A DNA stretch of 64,000 bases from a virus. This document shows positions 1-10,016 of the stretch, in pieces. The position numbers and the translations under genes are program-made. The DNA lies in the IMG/VR virus record IMGVR_UViG_3300019776_000693, positions 1 through 64,000 of that record. The stretch is one strand, 5' to 3'. The notes under the pieces were generated by a model. That model worked only from the letters and a program-made list of their open reading frames with translations. It had not been told where the DNA came from and searched no databases. Positions within the stretch are counted from its first letter, which is position 1, and each line of letters starts with the position of its first letter.

Positions 1-155
1 CAATTTAGAAATCGCGCAAAAAAGTGAAAAAACAGAAGAAAATAAAGCTAACAGGACAGGAAATAGAAGAAATTAAAAAAGATGCAAAGAAAATTTGGAA
101 AGTAATTTTATTATTCGTATTTTTGTGGGGAATTTTAATGTTATTTAAAAAGTAA

Positions 156-1067
156 ATGAATAAAGCAGATAAATATTTAAAAGAGATAATTTTAGAAATA
201 ATGGAAGAAGGTTGTGTAGACCAAAATCCACGAGCAAAATGGTCTGATGGTACACCTGCTTATTCTAAATTTACTACGCAAAAAGTTTTTCAATACGATA
301 TTTCAAAAAAAGAATTTCCAATAACAACTTTAAGAACAACAGCTTTAAAAGGGGCTTTTCATGATATTGAAGCAATATATTTAAAACAAACTAATATTTT
401 AGAAGAATTTGATAAAAGTATTTGGTTTTGGTGGAAAGATTTTGTTGTAGATAATGGTACTACACTAGGAACAACTTACGGCGATACAGTAAAAAGATAC
501 GATTTAATGAATAGTCTTTTAGAAGGTCTTGAGAAAAATCCATTTGGGAGACGACACATTATAGATATGTGGCAAGAAAGACAATTATTTGCTACTCCTG
601 AAGCTTTACCTCCTTGTGCTTATTCTACTTTATGGAGTGTTAGAGAAAAAGAAGTTTTAAAAGATTATCATTACAGTAATAAAGCTAATGGTTCTCCTAT
701 TTATGAAAATGTAAGATATATTGACATAACCTTAATTCAAAGAAGTATGGATTTTTGTATGACTTCAAGTATAAATCCTGCACAATATACAATGTTAGCT
801 ATGATGGTTTGTAATCATTTAACTTTCAAAACAGGTGTTAAACATGAAGTCGGAAAATTGTTACATTTAGTACAAAATTGTCATATTTATTTAAGACATT
901 TTGAAGGCGCATCAGAAATATTAGAAAGAGAATCAACTGGTAAACAACCAAAAATAGAATTAATTTGTGAACCTAAAGATTTTTATTCGCACAATATAAA
1001 TGATTTTAAATTTAGTGAATTAGAAGGAATTAAAAAATTAAGTACAACATTAGAGATAGCTATATAA
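156..1067 (+). CDS. thyA: Thymidylate synthase (ThyA family, streptococcal-like subtype)
   Basis: PFGRRHIIDMW, LPPCAY (catalytic Cys), QRSxD...INPAQY, HIY and C-terminal LEIAI motifs. Confidence 0.92.
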   Translation: MNKADKYLKEIILEIMEEGCVDQNPRAKWSDGTPAYSKFTTQKVFQYDISKKEFPITTLRTTALKGAFHDIEAIYLKQTNILEEFDKSIWFWWKDFVVDNGTTLGTTYGDTVKRYDLMNSLLEGLEKNPFGRRHIIDMWQERQLFATPEALPPCAYSTLWSVREKEVLKDYHYSNKANGSPIYENVRYIDITLIQRSMDFCMTSSINPAQYTMLAMMVCNHLTFKTGVKHEVGKLLHLVQNCHIYLRHFEGASEILERESTGKQPKIELICEPKDFYSHNINDFKFSELEGIKKLSTTLEIAI

Positions 1068-1102
1068 TTATGTCAGATTCATTAAAGTAAATATTTTATA
1101 TT

Positions 1103-1696
1103 ATGATGAAAAAGAAAAATCCTTACTATAAATTAATTTACAATACAGGTTTTATAGGAGAAGGTAAATACAGAGTTAGTAAAAATAAAAAATTAAATAA
1201 ACCATATTCTACATGGTTTGATATTCTTAGAAGATGTTATAAACAAGATATTAGAGAAAAAGACATTTCCTATAAAAATACTACAGTTTGTGTTGAATGG
1301 CACAACTTCCAAAACTTCGCAAAGTGGTTTGAAGATAATTATATAGAAGGGTTTCAACTTGATAAAGATATTTTGATTAAAGGTAACAAAATTTATTCTC
1401 CTGAAACTTGTTGTTTTGTACCGCAGGAAATTAATAAATTATTTACAAAAAGATTAAGTAAAAGAGGTTTGTATCCAATAGGAGTAAGTTTAATAAATGG
1501 AAGGATTATAGCCCAATATCGTGCTAATAATATAGGGTATTATCTAGGTACATTCGATACACCTGAAGAAGCTTTTCAAGCTTACAAAGTAGCCAAAGAA
1601 CAGCATATCAAAGAAGTCGCTAATAAATGGAGAGGACAAATTACAGAACGTTGCTATCAAGCGATGTATAATTATCAAGTAGAAATAACTGATTAA
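1103..1696 (+). CDS. Free-standing HNH-like homing endonuclease with C-terminal AP2-like domain (copy 1, apparently 5'-truncated)
   Basis: W..ILRRCY, EWHNFQNFAKWF, LDKDIL..GNKIYSPETCCFVPQEIN; AP2-like GTFDTPEEAFQAY; paralog of 12418..13161. Confidence 0.8.
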   Translation: MMKKKNPYYKLIYNTGFIGEGKYRVSKNKKLNKPYSTWFDILRRCYKQDIREKDISYKNTTVCVEWHNFQNFAKWFEDNYIEGFQLDKDILIKGNKIYSPETCCFVPQEINKLFTKRLSKRGLYPIGVSLINGRIIAQYRANNIGYYLGTFDTPEEAFQAYKVAKEQHIKEVANKWRGQITERCYQAMYNYQVEITD

Positions 1697-1862
1697 AAAT
1701 GGATACAATATAAAAATTTTATATGGATGAAAATTTCGATGGAGAAAAAGAAGAAATAACAGAAAATGTTAAAAATATAATTGATATATTTGATTTATTA
1801 TCACCACTAGAAAAAATACAAGTAAGAAGAATAATAAAAGAAAAAGATATTTTCTAAAAAAG

Positions 1863-1893
1863 TTGTGTAAGTAAATAATAAATAGTATATTTG
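1863..1893 (+). promoter_or_regulatory. Bacteroidota sigma-A type promoter
   Basis: TTG (1863-65)-N20-TATATTTG (1886-93); matches the established -33 TTG / -7 TAnnTTTG consensus. Confidence 0.75.
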
Positions 1894-1912
1894 TAAAATA
1901 AAATTAAAAATT

Positions 1913-3190
1913 ATGAAATATTTAAAAATTCAATCTAAAGGAGAAATAGAAGTTCAAGCATTGTCTTTAATGGGAGCATCTACAAAACGTGATAATCCAA
2001 ATTCTATTGGAGAATGGGGCTCTGGAGGTAAGTACTCTATTTCAACAATGCTTAGAAATAACGTAGATTTTAAAATATTTTCAGGAACAACACCAGTAAA
2101 TATTACAACAGAAACAGTATCTCTTAGAGATAAAGAATTTAAAAAAATATTAATAAATGGAGAACAGACATCCTTAACAACAGAAATGGGAGGTAAAGAT
2201 TGGGACAATAGTTTTTCTTATATTAGAGAAATTTACTCTAACGCTTTAGATGAAGATACTGATGCAACATTATCTGTGGTAGAAAATTTAGAAGGTGAGA
2301 TAGGCTACACAACTTATTTTATAGAATTTAATGAGTCAGTAGAAGATTTCTATAATAATATTTTTGATTATTTCTGTTCAAAAAATCCCAATGTATTGTT
2401 CTCTAATAAATATATTTCAGTTTATAATTCTAAAGATGGTTTAAGATTATTTAGGAAAGGAATACTTTGTAAACACGAACAGAAAGATAAAAGTGTTTTT
2501 AATTACAATAGTCCAGATTTTAAAATAAATGAATCCAGAGTTTTATCGGATACATTTAGTGCTAGATATACAATAGGTCAAGGATGGAAAACTTGTAATA
2601 GTCCTGAACATATATTAATACTATTAAGAAGTATTAGTGGAGCTAATACAGGATTATTTGAACATAGTATAGTTTGGGGAAGCATGGAAAATTTTTCAAG
2701 TAGTTGGTATGAGGCATTAAAAGACAAAACTTTATTAGGGTTAGAACATTTAGAAATGTTTGAGGAAGAATCAAAAAATGCAATCATATTACCATTTGAA
2801 TTAATTAGAACATTAAAAAGTCAATTTGAAGATTTACATGTTTTAGGAGTTTCTTCAAAAAGTAATGGTGCGTTTAAAGAAGAAAAACCTTCTGATAAAT
2901 TAGTTAATAAGGTTTTAGATGCTATAAATTTATTAATGAGTACTAATTATAAAACTAGATATAATAACCCAATTATTAAGTATGTTAAATTTTCAAAAAC
3001 AGATATTTTAGCACAAGCTATTGATGGTGATATTTATCTATCTGTAAAACTAGATACATTAGGAGTAGAAGAGATAGCTAAAATTATTATAGAAGAAAAT
3101 GAACATAATTTAACAGGATATGAAGATAAAACAAGAACATTTCAAAATCATTTATTCTCTTTATATTTTGACGAATTAATTTATAAATAA
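1913..3190 (+). CDS. GHKL (Hsp90/MORC-like) ATPase-domain protein with rearranged motif order
   Basis: LMGASTKR lid, IGEWGSGGKY G2-like box, REIYSNALDE N-box; C-terminal EENEH degenerate zincin-like motif. Confidence 0.6.
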   Translation: MKYLKIQSKGEIEVQALSLMGASTKRDNPNSIGEWGSGGKYSISTMLRNNVDFKIFSGTTPVNITTETVSLRDKEFKKILINGEQTSLTTEMGGKDWDNSFSYIREIYSNALDEDTDATLSVVENLEGEIGYTTYFIEFNESVEDFYNNIFDYFCSKNPNVLFSNKYISVYNSKDGLRLFRKGILCKHEQKDKSVFNYNSPDFKINESRVLSDTFSARYTIGQGWKTCNSPEHILILLRSISGANTGLFEHSIVWGSMENFSSSWYEALKDKTLLGLEHLEMFEEESKNAIILPFELIRTLKSQFEDLHVLGVSSKSNGAFKEEKPSDKLVNKVLDAINLLMSTNYKTRYNNPIIKYVKFSKTDILAQAIDGDIYLSVKLDTLGVEEIAKIIIEENEHNLTGYEDKTRTFQNHLFSLYFDELIYK

Positions 3191-3477
3191 ATACTATGAC
3201 AAAATATAAAATTAGCTATATAAAGAAAAATAAATATGTGGTATTAGAGTATATCGAAGATGGAGATGAGCTAGAAATAAATAGAGCTTATACTGGAAAT
3301 ATTAACGAATGTAAAAAGTTTATAAAAGAGAAGAGAAATGGAATTTAAACTAGAACAACATCATATTTTATACATTTTCGCGCACAAAAAATTAAAAATA
3401 GAAGGAAAAAATTACACCTTCAATAAAAAAGCAATAGATAAAATAAAAAGATTATTTAAAAAGTCAAAATATTATAA

Positions 3478-3903
3478 ATGAATATACAACTCGAACAACT
3501 AGAAGCATTTCAAAAAGCTTTTAAAAGCACTTATTCAAAAATTCCATGTACACTTTCAGAGGGAGATTGGAAATTAAGGTATGATTTAAGTAAAGAAGAG
3601 CTCGAAGAATATAAAGATGCATGTGAAGAACAAGATATTGTAGAAATTTTTGATGCTATTTTAGACCGTTTGTTTTTAGCTTTTGGCGACGCTGTTTCTC
3701 ATGGGTTACAAGATTATTTAGTGGCGGGATTTAATGAAGTATTAGCTAGTAATATGTCAAAATTGAATGATGAAGGTGAGCCGTTATTAAATGGAGTTAA
3801 CACAGAATTTGATTCTACTAGACCCTTCGGTAAAGTTATGAAATCAAAGAACTTTTTTAAACCAAGATTAAAAGAAGTATTAGGAAATAATGGAAGAATT
3901 TAA
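3478..3903 (+). CDS. MazG-like / PRA-PH family nucleoside triphosphate pyrophosphohydrolase
   Basis: LSKEELEEY, EIFDAILD, FNEVLASNMSKL, GKVMKSKNFFKP pattern. Confidence 0.8.
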   Translation: MNIQLEQLEAFQKAFKSTYSKIPCTLSEGDWKLRYDLSKEELEEYKDACEEQDIVEIFDAILDRLFLAFGDAVSHGLQDYLVAGFNEVLASNMSKLNDEGEPLLNGVNTEFDSTRPFGKVMKSKNFFKPRLKEVLGNNGRI

Positions 3904-4099
3904 TTTAGAAATAGGAGAATATTATTTCATAAATAATACGAAAAGAGTACTATATTGGGATGGAGAAAAATGGATGAAACCTAAAAAAGATGTAAGAGGT
4001 CGTTATGGTGGTTGGATTGAACCTTTAGAAAAACAACCTAAAATTAAATCTGTTATAAATGTTAAAGAGACTGACTACGCAGGATTTTATAAAGTTTAA
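3890..4099 (+). CDS. Hypothetical protein
   Basis: ORF overlapping its neighbour in a co-directional gene run. Confidence 0.6.
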   Translation: MEEFNLEIGEYYFINNTKRVLYWDGEKWMKPKKDVRGRYGGWIEPLEKQPKIKSVINVKETDYAGFYKV

Positions 4100-4121
4100 T
4101 AAATTAAAACAATTTTAGAAA

Positions 4122-4349
4122 ATGGATATAAGAGAATTTAACATCTATAACGGAGATTGTAAAGTAATTGTAGAAATTACAGAAGAAAAGAAAAATGCTG
4201 TAATAGATAGTATTTTAAAATGGTGCGAGCAATATAATTGTAATTGTGGAGAAACTTTACATCAAAGTGATGATTGTTTAATAGAAGCTCCTAGTTGTTT
4301 AAGCGATATTATTGATAATATTTTAGAGTTCAGGACTGAGTGTAAATGA
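4122..4349 (+). CDS. Hypothetical protein
   Basis: ORF in co-directional run; ATGA overlap with next small ORF. Confidence 0.6.
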   Translation: MDIREFNIYNGDCKVIVEITEEKKNAVIDSILKWCEQYNCNCGETLHQSDDCLIEAPSCLSDIIDNILEFRTECK

Positions 4350-4460
4350 AAGACTGGAAATTCACTTTAGAAATAATAGCTTATATAATAATCTTTATAT
4401 TAGAAGTTGTAGGTTTTTGTTGGGTAGTTAGTCTGTTCTTTTAATCTTTTATGCGGAATT

Positions 4461-5051
4461 ATGTATATTAATTTAGAAATATTAAAATCAAGAAATATAT
4501 CTCTCTTAGAACTATCTTTATTACAATTAGTAAAACAAGCTAGAATAGAAGATGTTTCAGACGTTTTAAGCCAAAATAAAATAGAAGTTGACTCTTTAGT
4601 TGAGAAAGGCTATATCGCGCCTATAAAAGGAAAAAAGGGGCAGAATCTTTATCAGACTTTACGGGCTACAAAAGATGGATTAGAATTATTAGATTTAATA
4701 TCTACTCCTATCATAACAGATGGGGACACCCAAATGTACAAATATCTGTGTGATATGTATATACAAGAAGATTCAACAAGAACTTTAGGCAACAGAAAAG
4801 CAGGTTTAAGATATTGTGCAGAATTTAGACAAATATTAGGATTAACTTTACACGAAATGTACTACTTATGTGAAGTTTTTGTTGCAAACACAACATTTTC
4901 AAAAGTTTTAGAATATATATTTTTTGAAAAGAAAAATAATCCTTATGGAAAATTCAAAGATAATTTAGACTCAAGTAAACTATATCAATTTTGGTTGGAT
5001 AATGAATATGAAATTAGAGAATATTGGCAAAAGAAAATAAAGGAGGAATAA
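4461..5051 (+). CDS. Hypothetical protein, possibly winged-helix replication accessory
   Basis: Directly upstream of helicase (4-nt gap); N-terminal wHTH-like pattern; function inferred only. Confidence 0.4.
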   Translation: MYINLEILKSRNISLLELSLLQLVKQARIEDVSDVLSQNKIEVDSLVEKGYIAPIKGKKGQNLYQTLRATKDGLELLDLISTPIITDGDTQMYKYLCDMYIQEDSTRTLGNRKAGLRYCAEFRQILGLTLHEMYYLCEVFVANTTFSKVLEYIFFEKKNNPYGKFKDNLDSSKLYQFWLDNEYEIREYWQKKIKEE

Positions 5052-5055
5052 ATAA

Positions 5056-6177
5056 ATGCAATTAGACCCACGAATTAAAAAAGCAGGCGATTTAGCTAAA
5101 GAAGCATTTCAGTATTTAAATAAAATACAAACAGGGGAAAAATCCTTATTAAAAGTAGGTGATGAAGCGATAGATTGTCATATTTCAGGTCTTTTACCCT
5201 CCGATTGTATTTTGTATGCGGCAAATAGTGGAGTCGGAAAAACTAAAAAATTATTCGATGTTTTAGACCAAATATTAGATGAAAAAATAAACCCAAACGC
5301 AAAAAATATAAAAACTTTAGAATATCAATTGGAAATGAAGTTTTTAAATAGGATTTTAAGAGCTACTAATAAATTAACATCTAAGAAAAAAAGTGATATT
5401 TTAACTAAAGAGTTTACAGATGAAGAAAAAGAATTAGTTAGAAGATACTATGAAAATTTACAAGACGATAGAAGATTTATTTGTGAAGAATCTATAACTA
5501 CTAAGGAATTTTATGAAATGACAAAAACTTTCTGTGAACTAAACAAAAACGCAGAGAGTTTGATAATTTGTCTTGACCATTGCTTGCTTCTAAAAAAAGA
5601 TGATAAATTTGAAGATCCTCTCGAAGCCTTAACAAGTTATATCAATCAGTTAAGAAAGGAGTTTCATAACGTATATTTTATTTTACTTTCTCAAATGAAT
5701 CGTGGAAGTTTAATAAATATAAAAGATAGAGATAATTCTATGATTCCTACTACTGCTATGATTTACGGAAGTTCTCATTTTGAATTTTTATGTTCTTATA
5801 TTGTAGCTTTAGTTGACCCATTTAGGTTAGGAGTAAATAGTTACTTAAAAGTAAATAAAGAACGATACGAATGGTTAGAAGAATTTATGGAAGATGAGGA
5901 TAAAAACGGAAAAGTTAGTTTTCCTACTCTAGGAAATTTATTTGAATTTGTACTTAAAACAAGGGAATCAGATTCCCCTTATAAAAATTTATTTATTAAA
6001 AAAATGCAACTTACAAATAGTGAAATAGATAAAATGAAACAAAGTGTAGAGAATAAACCAACAACTCAAACACCTATATTCAACTCTATCCCTGTTTTTG
6101 AACCCGCACCTAATTTAAGTAAGTTTGAAGTATCATTTAATCAGATGAAAGAAGATGATAAAGACAATCCCTTTTAA
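5056..6177 (+). CDS. DnaB-like replicative helicase
   Basis: Walker A AANSGVGKT, Walker B-like IICLDH, LSQMNR motif. Confidence 0.82.
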   Translation: MQLDPRIKKAGDLAKEAFQYLNKIQTGEKSLLKVGDEAIDCHISGLLPSDCILYAANSGVGKTKKLFDVLDQILDEKINPNAKNIKTLEYQLEMKFLNRILRATNKLTSKKKSDILTKEFTDEEKELVRRYYENLQDDRRFICEESITTKEFYEMTKTFCELNKNAESLIICLDHCLLLKKDDKFEDPLEALTSYINQLRKEFHNVYFILLSQMNRGSLINIKDRDNSMIPTTAMIYGSSHFEFLCSYIVALVDPFRLGVNSYLKVNKERYEWLEEFMEDEDKNGKVSFPTLGNLFEFVLKTRESDSPYKNLFIKKMQLTNSEIDKMKQSVENKPTTQTPIFNSIPVFEPAPNLSKFEVSFNQMKEDDKDNPF

Positions 6178-6195
6178 TTTAGAATAGTTATAAAT

Positions 6196-6233
6196 AAACA
6201 CAGTTAATTAATTTTTTCTGTGTTTTTCTTTTT
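6196..6233 (+). terminator. Putative intrinsic terminator after helicase
   Basis: AAACACAG (6196-6203) / CTGTGTTT (6218-25) stem followed by T-tract. Confidence 0.5.
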
Positions 6234-6251
6234 TATGTGGGATTTTGGTTG

Positions 6252-6259
6252 TATATTTG
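6252..6259 (+). promoter_or_regulatory. Bacteroidota -7 promoter element
   Basis: TATATTTG 25 nt before ATG; no clear -33 TTG. Confidence 0.6.
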
Positions 6260-6284
6260 TAAAAAAAAAATTAAATAAACAGTA

Positions 6285-6809
6285 ATGGAAACATTAAGAA
6301 ATTTAAGAAATAAACTTACTTTATATCCTAATGAGGTTGGAAGTAGTATCAGATACTTCTTTAAAAATAATATAGATTGGGATGTATATTTACCGTCAAT
6401 AAAAATGAACCTTCAAAGAGATTTTGTATGGTCTTTAGAACAAAAGCAAGAACTTATCTATTCTATTTTAATAGGTCGTCATATCTCCCATTGTGCTGTA
6501 ATAAACATAGTTGATAAAAATGATTCATCTAAAGAAATCTGGCAAATTATAGACGGGAAACAAAGATTGTCAGCAATTAAATCTTTTTTAGAGGATTTGT
6601 TTTATATAACTTTAGAAGGTAAAGATTATTTATTTTCTATGTTACCTGAAGATTATCAAAAAGGTATAACTCATTCTTATATAAGGTACTATGTAGTTAA
6701 TGAAGAATGGGGAAAACCAGTTACAGACCAAGAAAAAATAACATGGTTTAAATTTATAAATTTTTCAGGTACACCTCAAGATAAAGAACACTTAGATAAA
6801 TTAAAATAA
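6285..6809 (+). CDS. Stand-alone DUF262 (ParB/Srx-fold, GmrSD N-terminal-like) protein
   Basis: LQRDFVWSLEQKQELIYSIL and IIDGKQRL motifs. Confidence 0.78.
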   Translation: METLRNLRNKLTLYPNEVGSSIRYFFKNNIDWDVYLPSIKMNLQRDFVWSLEQKQELIYSILIGRHISHCAVINIVDKNDSSKEIWQIIDGKQRLSAIKSFLEDLFYITLEGKDYLFSMLPEDYQKGITHSYIRYYVVNEEWGKPVTDQEKITWFKFINFSGTPQDKEHLDKLK

Positions 6810-6953
6810 AATTATAATGGATTTTAAAAATTGTAACTTAAATCAGAGGGGATTTTGTACATGCTATCAAACACAATGTACAGATATAAAGGATTGTGCA
6901 ACAAAACTTATAACAAATAAAAATATAGAAACAGTTAGAAAATTAATTGAAAA

Positions 6954-7202
6954 ATGATATACTTATTGATTATTATATGGAGAATAGTTCTTCTGTTTTA
7001 TTATTTGGTTATAGATAGTTTTTATTTCTTAGTCTTTTTTAAGGCGCGGTTTTTTAAGAAAGTCTATATTAAAAACATACTTTATCATTCAGAAGAAGGG
7101 GTTGCACAGTATACGTGGTTTGCGCCGACAAGAAAAATAACAAAAGTAAAAACAGAGTATAAAAATATTTTTTATTATTTATTAAGACCTGTAAAAATAT
7201 GA
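6954..7202 (+). CDS. Hypothetical protein with hydrophobic N-terminus
   Basis: ORF; ATGA overlap with next gene. Confidence 0.5.
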   Translation: MIYLLIIIWRIVLLFYYLVIDSFYFLVFFKARFFKKVYIKNILYHSEEGVAQYTWFAPTRKITKVKTEYKNIFYYLLRPVKI

Positions 7203-7540
7203 GATATAGAGTGAAAATTAAAATAAATACAGATGCGGATTTTGTATTAAGTTTTGAGCATCCAAAAACACCTTATAAATATAAAAATATAGGAGATAAA
7301 ATACGAATAACTTTATATTTTTATGAAGATGTAGACAATACTAAAATAAAATTAATTTCTTTTTTACGTTCTTTGAATATGATAACGCATAAGGAACGGT
7401 TAAAAGATATTTTTGATGAAAATATATACCAATATACAGAAGAGTTAGAAAAACAAGGACTACATTCTAATCATAACTTGTTAAGTGGTAATTATTCAAT
7501 GGAAGTTTTTATTTTTGATGAAAATAGTGAATATTTATGA
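7199..7540 (+). CDS. Hypothetical protein
   Basis: ORF with ATGA overlaps on both sides. Confidence 0.6.
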   Translation: MRYRVKIKINTDADFVLSFEHPKTPYKYKNIGDKIRITLYFYEDVDNTKIKLISFLRSLNMITHKERLKDIFDENIYQYTEELEKQGLHSNHNLLSGNYSMEVFIFDENSEYL

Positions 7541-7687
7541 ATAGAAAAATAATAACATTAGAAAACATAATTAAATTTCAAGATGCTTTAATAGAAATGT
7601 TAGAAGTAAGTAAAGATGGAAACTTAGAAGCACAATTATTTATAAATAGTTATAAAGAAACAATTAGAGAATTAAAAGCTGAATATT

Positions 7688-7900
7688 ATGGGATGTGAAA
7701 TTTGTGGAAGAGGTAGTTGTACTAAAAGTTTTCATTCGATAGAGGAACAAAATAATTTTAATGATATCGCAGACGATATTAAAAATCGCGCAAAAGAAAT
7801 TATAAAACAAAGAATGAACAGACTATCTTATGAAGAAATAGAAGATGAAATATATGTCAAATTAAGTGATGTAATTGATACAATAGAAGATTATGGATAG
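7688..7900 (+). CDS. Hypothetical protein with N-terminal CxxC...C..FH motif
   Basis: MGCEICGRGSCTKSFH. Confidence 0.6.
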   Translation: MGCEICGRGSCTKSFHSIEEQNNFNDIADDIKNRAKEIIKQRMNRLSYEEIEDEIYVKLSDVIDTIEDYG

Positions 7901-8303
7901 TTTAGAAAAAGAAATTTGGCGAAGAGATTATGTTCAACCATTATTTGATAAATATAAAGAAATACCAACAAAACTAAAATATATGTTTATTGAAAAAGAT
8001 TATACTAGAATGTTTGGTAGTAAAAGGGAAGCAGAATCAAGGATGACGTATATGTATGATGATTCACAAACTTTTATTTTTGCTTTTGCGGATGCTTTGT
8101 GTGAATTTACTCCAAGAGTTAGAAAAAATCTTATTCAAAAATATTGGGAAGATTTAGCAATTAAAGAATTTTTGAAAATAGCAGATAGCGGAAGTTATTT
8201 TAAACATTTTTCAGGTAAATGGTTGCAGTATAAAGAATATTTTTGTAATTTAGTTGCCGAAAGAGAAAAAGATAAAGAATATGTTAAACTAATTATGACA
8301 TGA
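7893..8303 (+). CDS. Hypothetical protein
   Basis: ORF overlapping its neighbours. Confidence 0.6.
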   Translation: MDSLEKEIWRRDYVQPLFDKYKEIPTKLKYMFIEKDYTRMFGSKREAESRMTYMYDDSQTFIFAFADALCEFTPRVRKNLIQKYWEDLAIKEFLKIADSGSYFKHFSGKWLQYKEYFCNLVAEREKDKEYVKLIMT

Positions 8304-9019
8304 GTAAACTAAAAGACTTCATGGAGCAATGGTTTCCAAAAACAAAAGAGTGGGATAATGTAACTAAATTTATTTTAGAATCAGGAGTGGAATTAGTGGA
8401 AGAACAAAATCAAAAGTGGCTTCCAGGGTATACAAATATTTCCAAATCATATAAACCACATCATAAAGATGAGTATGTGCGTTACATGGAAGAAAGTATG
8501 TTTATTCTTCATGATGTAGTTCATCAAATATTCACTATAGACACTAATTGTTCTGAAGAAGAATATGTAAAAAGACAAATTTATGGTGAATTGTTTGTTT
8601 TTTATTTGACGGAATACGTAATTCCTAGTCAATATGGTTTAGGTGATAAAAGATTAGATTATATAACTAACGACAGAGATTGTTTTGATTTAATAGATTG
8701 GATTGTTTCTGAAAAACCTCGTTTTACATATAATATTATAGATTGGATGTGGAAAGTTTTTATAGAGGATGTTGATTTACAATATTTAGATAGGTTAGGT
8801 GAGTTACATTTAAAAAAATATAGAAAAATGTTTAAAGAAGATTTGGAAAACTCGAGAAAAAATTATAAATTTGTAAAAGATTTAAACATAGAAAGAGATT
8901 GTTGTATTGTGGGGGCTTCTTCTCAGAATCATATTGATTTTTTTGATGTTGTTAAAAGTGGCGCGATAAAAAATATAAAAAGAGAGTTTAATTTAGAACT
9001 GCCTGATAATTGGAATTAA
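8300..9019 (+). CDS. Hypothetical protein with HDxxH motif
   Basis: LHDVVHQ possible metal-binding motif; no family recognised. Confidence 0.55.
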   Translation: MSKLKDFMEQWFPKTKEWDNVTKFILESGVELVEEQNQKWLPGYTNISKSYKPHHKDEYVRYMEESMFILHDVVHQIFTIDTNCSEEEYVKRQIYGELFVFYLTEYVIPSQYGLGDKRLDYITNDRDCFDLIDWIVSEKPRFTYNIIDWMWKVFIEDVDLQYLDRLGELHLKKYRKMFKEDLENSRKNYKFVKDLNIERDCCIVGASSQNHIDFFDVVKSGAIKNIKREFNLELPDNWN

Positions 9020-9269
9020 ATATGAAACTATACAAAAAATTATTAAAAAGATTACAGAATGGAAAACCAATTTATTGCTATGAGACACTAGCAAAAGAAT
9101 TAGAAGAAATTGCTGAAAAACATTATAAAAAAACAAAATGATTATTTAGGTAAGTATTGTGATTATTTTTCCTTAACATTAGATGGTGGAGAACCAAATG
9201 AAGCAAGTAGAGAAGTTGGGTTATTGTAAATTTTGAGGAGAAAAATAATAGACATGAAAAAATTATAAT

Positions 9270-9629
9270 ATGAGATTAATAGATTATATTGACTATTGGG
9301 AAATATATAGAAAGATAAAGAAAAGTCAATTAGAACAATTCCCAACAGCACAAGAATACATTGAAGAATTAAAAGATTTAGATGAGCCTTATGATTATGT
9401 TGAGGAAATGTATAAAGCTTTTAAAATAGATTTTTCAGGTTTTGATGGAGTAGATTCAGAAAATTTTCCAAATGATTGCATAGGAAATATATTTTCTTTT
9501 GAATTCTCAACAGGAGGTGGTGAATCATACGAAAATGGAGGAGACAATTTTTGGGGATATGGATATAATTTTGAAATCAATTTAGATGAAGAAAGGTTTG
9601 TAAATTTTTGGTTTGAAAATTATTGTTAA
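9270..9629 (+). CDS. Hypothetical acidic protein
   Basis: ORF in co-directional run. Confidence 0.6.
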   Translation: MRLIDYIDYWEIYRKIKKSQLEQFPTAQEYIEELKDLDEPYDYVEEMYKAFKIDFSGFDGVDSENFPNDCIGNIFSFEFSTGGGESYENGGDNFWGYGYNFEINLDEERFVNFWFENYC

Positions 9630-9650
9630 TTCCGCGCAAAATTAAAATAA

Positions 9651-10016
9651 ATGGAAAAATTAATATTTGATAAAAAAGGAGGATTTGCAATAAATTTTTC
9701 TTGGGAAAATAATGACGAGCCACATTGGGTAAATTTTACAGCAGTAGAAGTTGTCTCTAATTATTCTGATGAAAATAATCCTGAGTTTATTACTTTTGAT
9801 ACAGGATATGGTATAGACAGCGATTGTCTTGAATTCAAAGATGTTCCAGAGGATTCAATATTCTTTACGGGACATATTAAATGGGATGGATGTATGGAAA
9901 TACATAATTTAAATCATCATTTTTGTTATAGAAATGATATTCTACAAAGGGTTGTAGATTTAATTTATGACTCAGGTAAAGAAATAATGAAAGTTAAACA
10001 AGATTTTGTTGAATAA
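9651..10016 (+). CDS. Hypothetical protein
   Basis: ORF; KWDGC motif. Confidence 0.6.
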   Translation: MEKLIFDKKGGFAINFSWENNDEPHWVNFTAVEVVSNYSDENNPEFITFDTGYGIDSDCLEFKDVPEDSIFFTGHIKWDGCMEIHNLNHHFCYRNDILQRVVDLIYDSGKEIMKVKQDFVE

